Part shown: positions 21,800-33,000 of the stretch, piece by piece | Numbering within the stretch: the first letter of the stretch is position 1 | How the letters are laid out: each line of letters begins with the position of its first letter | Virus record (IMG/VR): IMGVR_UViG_3300048446_000526 | Coordinates: 1 to 64,000 of that record | Reading direction: 5' to 3' (one strand) | Origin: a virus | Length of the DNA stretch: 64,000 nt | Translations under genes and position numbers: made by a program | The notes under the pieces: generated by a model | What the model saw: the letters and a program-made list of their open reading frames with translations, nothing else | Told to the model about the DNA's origin: nothing | Database searches by the model: none

Positions 21800-22834
21800 G
21801 TGGATGAAGACAGAAGAATACAGTACTTAGTACATAGGCTATTATCTGGTAAACTCTTAATACCAGATGGAGATCGCATACTAGAATTGCGTTCGCCCTC
21901 TCTTCAGATACAATATGAATCCGACACTGTCTACAAACATCATTATGAACAAAATATTTTTGAGTTTATATTGAAAGAGGATATTAAACCTTTGTTGTTA
22001 GAATCAGGAGTGATAACCCACTTTCATGAACAAGATTTAAAAAAGATGAATAAAAAACTTGAAAGATTAAAAGTTCAATTATTCACAGATTTTTGGGACA
22101 GAACGAAGACGACAAGGCACAGAAAGTCTATTGTAAGTGTCAAAAAAAGAATCAGTCAGTTGGAAAGAGATGGGACATCAATGGACCACTTAACCTTGGA
22201 GCATTTTTGTTTCTTGGAATCAATGAAGTATATTATAAGAAAAACATTGTACGATAGTGAAACAGGGGAGTTGTTTTTTGATGATGACACCCCTCCTCAC
22301 GACTATGAAAGACTTTTGTTGTTAATCAACAAAGAATCCTTAGATATGAGTGAAATTAAAAAAGTAGCAAGAAGTTCGTATTGGAAAAGTTATCATAGTA
22401 TTGGAAATCAAAACACAATATTGGGTCATGTTTCAGACTACAGCAATGAACAAAAAAGTGTGCTTAGTCTAAGCATGATGTATAATAAAATAGCAGAACA
22501 TCCAGAAGCACCTAACGAAGACATCATGAATGATGATGATGCACTAGATGGCTGGATGATCTTTCAACAAGAAAAAAATCAAGAAGAAAAAAGAAACGCA
22601 AACAGCACCACTAAAAAAGATAAAATAAATAATGCACAAGAAGTATTCTACATGGCAGAAAACAGAGAACAAGCAGAAGATATAAGAGGCTTAAACACTA
22701 CAGAATCACATATGGTTTCAAAGAATAGAATGAATCAATTATTCACAAGTGAGACAGAAGTAAATGCAGCAGATTTTAGAGACACAAGAGATATGCTAAA
22801 CAAGGCTGTTGCTAACCACCAAAAGAAAGCATAA
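21800..22834 (+). CDS. Hypothetical helical protein, possible tail assembly chaperone
   Basis: GTG start with AAGGA RBS; lies between tube and TMP genes. Confidence 0.45.
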   Translation: MDEDRRIQYLVHRLLSGKLLIPDGDRILELRSPSLQIQYESDTVYKHHYEQNIFEFILKEDIKPLLLESGVITHFHEQDLKKMNKKLERLKVQLFTDFWDRTKTTRHRKSIVSVKKRISQLERDGTSMDHLTLEHFCFLESMKYIIRKTLYDSETGELFFDDDTPPHDYERLLLLINKESLDMSEIKKVARSSYWKSYHSIGNQNTILGHVSDYSNEQKSVLSLSMMYNKIAEHPEAPNEDIMNDDDALDGWMIFQQEKNQEEKRNANSTTKKDKINNAQEVFYMAENREQAEDIRGLNTTESHMVSKNRMNQLFTSETEVNAADFRDTRDMLNKAVANHQKKA

Positions 22835-22837
22835 ATT

Positions 22838-23134
22838 ATGGCAAACAACAAAGAAGTTTCAACATTAATGAAAAAGAAAATACAAACAACTATGATTGGT
22901 GCATTAGCAAGATTTGAAGAGAACTTCGGTCATCTTTGGGGACACTTTAAAGACCCCAACGATCCCCTTACTGAACAAGAAGAAAAATTTGCTGATATGT
23001 GGGACTATACCAGAAATCAAATTTTGAATCAAGGTAATAGTCAAATAAGAAATATAGAAAAAGACCTTGAAAATATTGTTGGGGGTGTGACTAGATACCA
23101 ATACAATTTCGGAAAACCAAGAGAAAGAGGATAA
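22838..23134 (+). CDS. Hypothetical protein (98 aa)
   Basis: Tightly packed ORF in the tail operon. Confidence 0.6.
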   Translation: MANNKEVSTLMKKKIQTTMIGALARFEENFGHLWGHFKDPNDPLTEQEEKFADMWDYTRNQILNQGNSQIRNIEKDLENIVGGVTRYQYNFGKPRERG

Positions 23135-23135
23135 T

Positions 23136-24050
23136 ATGAATACCTACGATTTTACAGTTAATATTGATGGCAAGGATACAGATTTCGCTGTGGTAAGTCC
23201 TTCTAATGTACATTACACAGAAGCACAGAAGGTTTACAACAATGCCTTTAGCGAAGCCATCAAATCAAAGGCTATAGTTAGGGCTAAAATGGAAGATGTC
23301 TTAAAAGACCAAGGATTATGGGATGATATGAAACAGGCTGAATATACACGGCTTGCAGCAGAAATCAACGAGTGTGAAATGACACTTAAAAAAGGCGGTA
23401 TCAAACTGTCAGACGCTAAGGCAGTAGCCCTAAAAATGCGTGGTTTAAGGGATAAATTAAAAGAATTAGTCTCTGTAAGGACCACTTTAGACAACCAGAG
23501 TGCCGAAGGTCAAGCAGATAACGCTAAATTTAATTATCTCGTATCGGCCTGTGTGGTGTATAAAAACAATAACCAGCCCTATTATAAAAACCTAGAAGAC
23601 TATCTAAATAGTCCTGCCAGTGAGGTTTCTATCATGGGTGCTAAACATTTGGCTAGTATGATTTACGGACTTGAAGACGACTTTGAGAAGAAACTGCCAG
23701 AAAATAAGTTTCTTACTAAATATAAATTTGTAAATGAAGACTTGGAACTGGTCAACAAAGAAGGCCACAGAGTTGATTCCGATGGAAGGCTTATCAACCA
23801 ATTTGGTCGCTTTGTAGATGAAGAAGGCAATTATGTTGATAAAAATGGTAACCCTATTAGTGAATCGGGTGACTATATTGTTGATGAGCAACCCTTCTTA
23901 GATGATGACGGTAATCCTATTGTAGACGAAGAAACAAAGACAGAAGAAACCCCAACAGAAGAACAGCAGGATGAGTCTAAAGAAGAAACAAAATCAAAGC
24001 CAAAAGCAAAGAAGCCAAGGGTTAAAAAGCCTGCTGCTACTACAGAGTAA
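23136..24050 (+). CDS. Putative tail assembly chaperone
   Basis: Directly upstream of TMP. Coiled-coil middle, (V/I)DxxGxx repeats, acidic then Lys-rich tail. Confidence 0.45.
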   Translation: MNTYDFTVNIDGKDTDFAVVSPSNVHYTEAQKVYNNAFSEAIKSKAIVRAKMEDVLKDQGLWDDMKQAEYTRLAAEINECEMTLKKGGIKLSDAKAVALKMRGLRDKLKELVSVRTTLDNQSAEGQADNAKFNYLVSACVVYKNNNQPYYKNLEDYLNSPASEVSIMGAKHLASMIYGLEDDFEKKLPENKFLTKYKFVNEDLELVNKEGHRVDSDGRLINQFGRFVDEEGNYVDKNGNPISESGDYIVDEQPFLDDDGNPIVDEETKTEETPTEEQQDESKEETKSKPKAKKPRVKKPAATTE

Positions 24051-24091
24051 ATCTATACTTTTGATGTCTCTAGAAACATAGGAGAACTAGT

Positions 24092-27000
24092 ATGGCATCA
24101 TTTGATATAACTGCACAAATTAATCTGAGAGGGCCAACGAATGTCAAGAAGATTGCTGCTGACATTCGTAGGCAACTTTCTACTGTTACTACAGGTAGCG
24201 TAAAATTAAATATTGACCCAAAGACCAACCAACAAGTTAATCAACTTAACAAGTCATTTCAGCAGTTTAACAATACTTTAAAGCAGACAAACACTACTGC
24301 TAAACAAGCAGCCGCAAGCCTTAATCAATTAGGTTCTGCTGTTAATACAGTTAACACTAATGCTAGGGCAACCACCAACGCACTAAATCAAGTACAAACT
24401 GCAAATCAAAAAGTGGCAACTAGCACTAAACAAGTAGCCCAAAACGCCCAAGCCGCAGCAACAGGTTTCGATAAACTTGGTAAAAATATTGGTCGTCGTA
24501 TCACAGACTTTTTAGCATTTAGAGCAGTGTCTACTGTGATTGGTGGTTTAAGTTCAGCCATAAGTCAGGCAGCAGGAAACTTTATTGACTTTGAAAGAGC
24601 ACTTGCTAAAGTTCAGCAGGTTACAGGAGGAACGAATGCGTCTATTCAAGTCTTGTCCAACACCATTAATAACGCAGCCGTTGCAACAGGTTCAGCCGCT
24701 AAAGAACTAGCAGAGGTTACAGTAACTTTATCTCAGGCTGGTTTAAGTGCCGATGATACAGCGACAGCGTTAGAGGCTCTAGCACAAACAAAGTTAGCAC
24801 CTACATTTGGAGACATAAAGGATACAGCGGAAGGTGCTATTGCTATTTTAAGACAGTTTGGATTAGAAGCAGATCAATTAGGAGATGCACTAGGTAGCAT
24901 AAATGCTGTAGCAGGTCAGTTTGCTGTTAGTTCAAGTGATGTTATTGTTGCTGTTAAACAAGCGGGTGCTGTGTTTGCAAGTTCAAGCAGAGGAGTTGTT
25001 GATGCTGAGACTGCATTGCAGCAATTTATTGCAACATTTACTAGTGTTAGGCAGACTACGCGAGAAAGTGCAGAAACTATTGGTACTGGTCTTAAAACTA
25101 TTATCACTAGATTACAGAGACTTGATACCATAGAATCATTAAAAAACTTTGGCATTGAACTTACAGACCTTGAAGGTAAGTTTGTAGGACCATTTGAGGC
25201 CATCAAAAGATTAAATGAGGGATTAAAGAATCTTGATACTAGAGACATTCGTTTTGGTGCCATCATTGAAGAACTTGGTGGTTTTCGTCAGGTCGGTAAG
25301 GTCATTCCTCTTATTCAACAATTTGCTGTTGCACAAGAAGCACTAAAGGTGGCACAAGAAGGGCAGGGTTCTATATCAGATCAAGCCGTTATCGCACAAA
25401 AAACTCTAGGCTTTGAAGTTGCACAAACAGCAGCACAATTTCAAAAGTTAATTACAACAATAGGCAACAGCAGTGCTATTCAAGGAACAGTAAGGGTTGT
25501 CTTAGAATTAGCACAAGCACTTCTTTCAGTAGCAGACGCATTAAGTGATATATTGCCCCTGCTTCTTGCAGTAGGAACTAATGCTGCTATTGCAAGCATT
25601 GCAAGTGTTGGAAAAGGCATCGGTAAGTCTTTTGGGTTTAATCAAGGAGGAGTAGTACCAAAAGGCTATGCTAGTGGAGGTTATGTTCCGGGTTCAGGAA
25701 ATCGAGACACTGTACCAGCAATGCTGACTCCCGGTGAGTTTGTTATTCGCAAAAAAGCAGTACAGGCTATTGGCGTTGATAAATTAGGAGCAATGAACCA
25801 AGGAGGAGCATCTACCGTAACACAAGCCAAACACATGGGAGGCAGAATACAAAAGTTTGCAACTGGTGGACAAGTAGCAGTCGATTATGTTCAAAGCAAG
25901 CCTGACGCCGCCACAGAAAAACAGTTAATAGGAAACAATATAATCAATTCTATTAATAATCTTGCAAATTTCTTTAGTCCTGAAGCAAAGAATGTATCAG
26001 AAAGAGCCGATCCTAAGAATGTTGTTCCTAACTATTCTGGTATGGTTGGAGGAATCTTTGAAAAAGCAGTTGAATTAGTAGCAGGAGTTACAGTACCCAA
26101 GTCAAAAAATAATCAGGTATGGGACTATCCTGCTGGACTTGGAGATACCGAACTGTTTAACTATGTACCAAGTTTAAATAGACCTACAGACGCTAAAAAC
26201 AGTGTTAATAGCAATGCTGTTATTGACAAAAAACTACAAGCACATTACAACAACGCTAAAGGTTCAGAAAAATTAAGAACTAAATTTGGTATTGTTGTAT
26301 TTGATGAAGGCGTAGATTATGATTATACTTTTGATCCTTCTTATTTCAAAGAACGAGCATTAGACAAAGATTCTGTAAAGAAAGCAAGAGGAGGCTTGAT
26401 ACAAAATTTTGTTGACGGAGGCGAAGCAATACCTATAGCAAAATCAGGCCGAATCAAAAAGAAAGATTTAGCAGATGCCACTACGCCACAACTAGAACAA
26501 CTATTAAAAAATCCAGCAGTTATAAGCAATCCTTCTACTACACAAGCAATTAACAGCGAACTAGCAAAAAGAGGAAAAGAAGCCAAGGCAGAAAAATTAG
26601 GGGTTGTAGGCATACTTCCTATAAACTACGCTAAGGACTTAGCACCCGCAGATTATGGCGGTACGTTTGCTAAAATCTATGCTAGAGGCTTGCCACAAAA
26701 ATATGAAGAAACCGTACTCAATATCTCTAAAGGACTAAGAGGGGTTGTAGACGAGGCAGCAAGAGGATTAGGTGAAGACAATCCACAGGCTCTTTCTCCT
26801 GAACAAGAAAAAGCAACCGGACTAGAAAACGTACAAGGAACTGTTTTTGAAGCAGTGCTTTCAGCCCTTGGTGCAAGAGGCGGGAGCGTACAAAATCAAG
26901 CCATTGATTACCAAAATGGTCTTGGTCCTGCTGCAAGAATATTTCCGGGTATTGGTCCAGATTGGCCTACAGAGGTCAAACGAGATGTAACTGGTGCTGG

Positions 27001-30000
27001 TATGAGTAGGGCAAAAGGAGAGTTTGCCAGATACTTTAAGGAAAACGCACAAAATAAAAGCATAGGAGGAGCAATACAAAGATTTGCTACCGGAGGCAGA
27101 GTAAATGATAAAGCAGGACTGAAGATTAAAACTACCGGAGGAAGCACAATCACTTCTACTTTTGAAGAAGGCCAAACTAGTTCTGGAGAAGTGGTGGCAC
27201 AGAATATAGGCAAAAATTTATTTTCTGTTGTTGCTGCTCAGGCATCAGGTGGTGGAGGAAGGGCTTTATACGATGCTGCTATGAAACAAGCGACAAGACA
27301 AGGAGGAAGTTTGGTTTCAGATAGAAGCAGAGTTAGTTCATCGGCCTTAAATCGTATTTGGAATACATACTATGGTACGGGTAAGAGTAAAACAGGCCAG
27401 AGAGTTGGCAGGCAACCTGTACCAGAAGACATGCTTTATACAGGTGCGTTCTTTAAAGATTCAGATTTTCCAAGCCCTGATCCTTCAACATGGCAAGGTA
27501 AGGCAGTGTCTTTGCAGTATGCATATCAACAATTTGCAGATGGTGGAGCAGCATCAGGAGGAGATACGGTTCCTGCTATGTTGACTCCCGGCGAATATGT
27601 TATTAATAAAAAAGCAGCAAAACAAATTGGTTTACCCAAACTTAACCAAATGAATTATGCTGATAGGATTAAGGGATATGCAACAGGCGGGCCTGTTGGT
27701 CCGGTGCAGTACTTTAACAATGGAGGATCACCTGCTTCCGGTTCTGCTCCTGCCAGCAATCCTTGGGTAACTGCCGCAAAGATTAATTTGACTGCTGCGA
27801 AACTTAATCAAAAAAACGCAACAACTAATAGTAAGACAGCGGCTACAAACGGGCAAGCAGCAAATACAACCTCGAACAGCGTAAACAATATTCCTAAAGA
27901 AATGGGTATTGGAGCAAGACTTGCTTTCGGGCTCATAGGCCCGCTTATTGAACAAGCAATCGTAAAAATAGCACCAAATAGTGCTATTGCTGCTGGTGCT
28001 GGAGAAGGTATTAGTCAGGGTATTGTGGCTTCTTCAACGTCTAAAGAACTTCTTGGTGGTTTAAGTGGAGCGGCAAAACTTGCCGCTGGAAGGTTTGGAA
28101 AGTTTGGAAAACTTTTAGTTACTAGTGGGAAATTTTTAGAGAAATGGACCGGGACAATTACAACAGGAATAGGCCTCTTCGCTGGTTTTAACGGGTTCCT
28201 TAGTGGTCAATTAAACAAAAGTATAGAACTATTAGCCCTAAGAACCACTGAAGCAGGAAAAGCGGCAGAAGAGGCATTTGCAGGTCTACCGGGAGTAATA
28301 GCAAAAATTGGTACTAACGCAGAAGACTACAATGCCATATTATCAGACGGTGGTGCAAAACTAGCAGATATGATTACAGCAGCAGAAGCACAGAGACAAA
28401 AATCCCAACAAAAAAACCAAGGAGGATATTTTGGTGCAGCATTTAGAGGTCTTGGACTTGAAAGTGAGGAAGGCAGAGAAATTAGAGAGGCTCAAGGAAG
28501 AGACATAGACAGAGAAGCATTTAGGGCAGCAGGTGATTTAGCAACCAAGCAACTGCTGGCGATTGTTTCATCGGGCGACAGCGTAGAAGAGGCATTTGGG
28601 GGCAACAAAGTCGCTTTGGATAGTTTCAAGAGAGCCATAGCACTTACTGATCTTGCATATCAAAAAGAAGAGAGAAGATTACAGGATTTAATTAATAAGG
28701 CTGGAGCACAGTCGGCAGCAGGTCAAGCCTATACAGAAGAACTTAGAAAGGCTCGTGAGGATGCTTTCAAAAAAAGAGCAGCCGATGTTGACGCAGCAAT
28801 AGCATCCCAAAAACTCAAGAAAGAAATAGAGGAGCAAAGAAAGGCTTTAAATTTAGCAACAGTAGCCATTGCAAACTATACCATAGCCTATAACAAGGGT
28901 GCTGACCAAGCAGCATTTGCGTTTAAAAAACTGGCTAAGTCAGCAGATCGTATGGCTGAAGGACTCAGTGGAACTGATCCAAGTCAATTATTTGCTGATA
29001 ACATCAATGTTATACAAAACCCTGAACTCTTTAATCAAACAGACAACACGCTCGCTCTTGAACCTCTGAAAAATATATTAGGAGGTAATCGAGATGCTAT
29101 TCAGGCATTTACAACTCTTCCCGCTGAAATTGCAGGAGCACTGCAAAGAGCCGTTAATCAAAACCCTGAAAACAATGCACAAGGTGCTGCAATCATACAA
29201 GGTGAAATAGACCAAGTTCTCGCTGATAAGTTTGGTAGCAATAGTCTGTTCGCTAGGACACTGAGCAATAGCATAAAAGGTTTAATAGCAGAAGCACAAG
29301 GAAATCAAGATGGTGAATTTAATGCAGCAGCATTGATCAAAGGCACTACGGAGATTATAGAAAAGTTTGGTGAAGATGTTAAAAAAGGTTTAGTAAAAAG
29401 TTTAGAAACCATTCAAGAGGCATTCGGAAAATTAGCACAATCTTCTGCTAGACTTTTCCAAGCACAAAACAATTATGCTAATGCGGTCAGGAATAGTGTT
29501 ACAAGTCAATTAAAACTTAATCAAGAGATTAAGGAGGCATTATCAGAAGTTCGTCAACCTAGAAGTATATCTTCAATAAATGATACAAGTGGTGTTTCTC
29601 AACAACAAGTTAGTAATGCTGGGGACTATTTCCAGCAGTTGGCTATTATACAGCAGGAGCAAACCAGACTCAATGTAGAGCAAGTCAGGCTGACACAAGA
29701 AGGCATAGACAAAGACGGTGAAAACGCCACAGAAATCGCTACTGCTATAGGAGCCAACGAAGCAGCCCTAGCAAACCTAAATGCTAATACCAAGAATTTA
29801 CAAGCCGCTTTACAAGATAAATTAGGTCAACTTCAAAGTGAACTAGGAAGTAGACTAGCAGACCTGAAAGCGGAACAAGCAGCAGCAGAAAGTATTTTTG
29901 AAAGCCTGTTAAAGGATGAAGGAGATACTAATCAAGGCATATCAAGGGCGTTGCAGGTAGCAAGCGGTCAGGGCGTTGGTAATCTTACCGGAGACGAGGC

Positions 30001-33000
30001 TATTCGTGTATTGAAAGATATTAAGCAGTTGCAGGCTGCTGGTATTATAGAAAACAATAAAGAGACAAGAGAAAATGTAGTAGGGGTTCTTGGTGAATCA
30101 AGAGGACTTGGTAATTTTACTGGCTTAGGACAAGAAATTATAGATAAGATTATTAATGCACCGGGAGAGGATGATCAGGTTAAGGCCTATGTAGCAGAAA
30201 TACAAAGAACTAATATTGCTATTAATCAACTTACATCTGCTTTGGCTTTCACAGAATTTAGCAATGCCTCCAAAGCATTGAATATTTCACAGGACGCACT
30301 AAGAGTTTCTATAACAACACTTAACGATACTATAAAGTCGGAAATAGGTAAAATTAAAGCCAACGGAGGACAAGACGTAGAAGGGATTACTAATGAACCA
30401 GAAACAAAAGCAAAAGGAGGTTTAATTTATCGTTCAAGCGGTGGTGGTACACAAAAGGGAGTAAATTGGCAACCTAGAGGAACAGACACTATTCCAGCAA
30501 TGCTCACTCCGGGTGAATTTGTAGTAAATGCAAAAGCCACATCGCAAAATAGAGGTCTTCTTGAGTCTATAAACAGATCGTCTGGTGGTCCTGTATCACC
30601 TGCTAGAAAAAGTACTGGAGGTATTCTTTACAGAAATGCTGGAGGAGGCACTGATAGTTCTTCAACAGAGAGTGTTGGATCAATACTTGATGGACTTAAT
30701 GCAAAGCAGATATTAAATCTCTTGAAAGAAGCAGACTTTATGAAAGAAGGGGGTGCGTTGAACAGCATTAGAGATTGGACATCCAATACAGCAAGTGCCG
30801 TTAAGTCAGCCATAACCAAAAGAGCAAGCGGAGTTTATGGAGGTTTTAAGAATTTTGGAAAAATTAAAATTCCTACATGGATGGATGACGCAGTTAAAAA
30901 CGGCCTTTTAAGTGAAGATGTAGTAGCAGGTTTAGCCGATAAACCATATGCGGTTACTAAATTCCTTAGAGGAAAAATAGATTCTCTTACTGCTGGCCCA
31001 GTTGCACAACGAATAGGACAATTTACTGGTGGGGCTTACAAGTTTGCAAGTAATAAACTAGGCTTACTGGCTCAATCTAAGTGGATTAAAAATATTCTAG
31101 GTCCAGCAAAGAGTGTTCTTAAATATATTCCGAAACTTGGCTCATTCCTTGGTAATTCTCCTGCTTCAAGTCTTGCAAGCAAAGGACTTGCGTGGGCAGG
31201 TCTTGTTGAGCATATGATATCAGGTGCTTATGCAGGAGTTAATAGAAGTCAAGATTTGCAAGATTCGGGAGTTAGTCCTTTGTCGTTTCAAGGAATAATG
31301 TCTCCTTTGGCTGAATTTCTTGCAGGAGGAACCGCTGACGGTGCTTTGCCTCCAAACGCAACAAAAGAGCAAAAGGCAGCATGGATGGAAGGAACCAAGA
31401 ACGGAAAAATTCCTCGATACAATTCGGCTAGTTTTCAGGCATGGGGAACCGCAAGTCTAAGTAATCTACTTAGAATGGTTGGAGGAATGGGTACTGGTTT
31501 TACTCTTGCTGCTCAATATGCCCCAGCGGCAATGCCTTATTCGGGAATGATTGGTGCTGCTGTTGGAGGCGGCATAGTTGTTGCTGGTCAAACTTTCCGA
31601 ACCCTTGAAGAAATCGCTGGTCTTTGGGGAGATCAACCAGACCTTGCTCAAACAAGAAGACAAGAACAACAAAATGAAGACTCGAAGCAAAGTTTCGTTG
31701 GCGACACTAAAGACCAACTACCGGTTCTTGGTGACTTGCAATACAACAGGGCTGTCTTTGCAGGACAAAAGAGAGGAAAACTCAAAAAATATGAGAATGA
31801 TAAAGCCAGATGGAAAGAGGTTGAAAAACAAGGTGCAGCAGTTAAAGTTAATGATGTAGATGCGTGGGCTTACGTAAAAAGTAAATATGAAGCCGGTTTA
31901 CAATCGCATAAGTTTGATGTAGAAGATGGTAAATTTTTAAGAAACCTTATTCCTGTAAAACAGCAAGGTTATCTGTGGGATCAATATAGCGACGAAGATA
32001 TACAAAAAGCCTATACCGCTGTTATGCTGGCTTCAGAAGAGAAGTGGAAAGACTTACCTCTCATAACATCCCTTAATCCTAATAAGAATATTAATTTAAC
32101 TTATGGTGATAATATTAAAAACTTGAGGGCTGTTGCAGAAAGCACACAAACAAGATTATTTGGAGACGGTGAGGATAGACCAGCAGATGAAAATTATTTT
32201 GAAGGAGATGATAAGTTAAGAAGTATTATGGCTCAAAAGGGCGAATTGTATAATGCGAATGCCTCTTGGTTGGAAACATATGTTGGTAGCGAAACAAATC
32301 AAGATAAAAGCGAAATGGATTTCTTAGATTACGAATCTAGTAACTTCACTAAGATATCAGAATACAATAAGGCAATAAAGGCTAGGAGAGCAGAACTTAT
32401 TCAAGAAGAGAAGGATAGGCGAATTGCAGAAGCAGAGACAAAGAAGGCAGCAGAAGACAAGCAAAACGAAGAAGTCAGAAAGTTCGGAGGACTACAACAG
32501 AATTTACAGTCTCTTACATCAGCAGAAAATCCCGACTTTGAGTTTATGCCACAGGCTCCATTTATTAAGCCTAAATCAAGGTTGATACTTCAGCGGCAAA
32601 AAGATAGTTTGGCAATGAGACAGAAACTTGCAGAGACACCTGTATTTTACCCAGATGAAAACGATAATCTTGTACAAGGACCACCAATGGGTGAGTACTT
32701 AGATTGGAAGACAGGTGCGTTTACAGATAAGCCTGAGTTAATTAAAACTAAAAGCGAATATGATTTCTGGTCAGGAATTGGTAATGCTATAGTAGAATAC
32801 AGAAAAAATTACAGAGTCGGTGGTGACCTGTATGATGTGCTTCCTACAGTCCATCCATCTCAGGCTATATTAAAAGACATTGCTGGTGGCACTCAAAGTG
32901 AGCAAATTGCTTTTAGAAACTTTATGAATCCAAAAGCAACAGACGCTAAAACTTCAACCGCTGGTGCTTTTCAAGAGTTGTTCACAGATTATCCTACAGA

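Noticed and set aside
21800-24050. Programmed frameshift in tail assembly chaperone genes
   Set aside because: No convincing slippery heptamer with an overlapping extended frame; the ORFs are separate, each with its own start.
24051-24091. Possible hairpin (atgt...acat) before the TMP RBS
   Set aside because: Stem too short and weak, with no U-tract; not supportable as a terminator.
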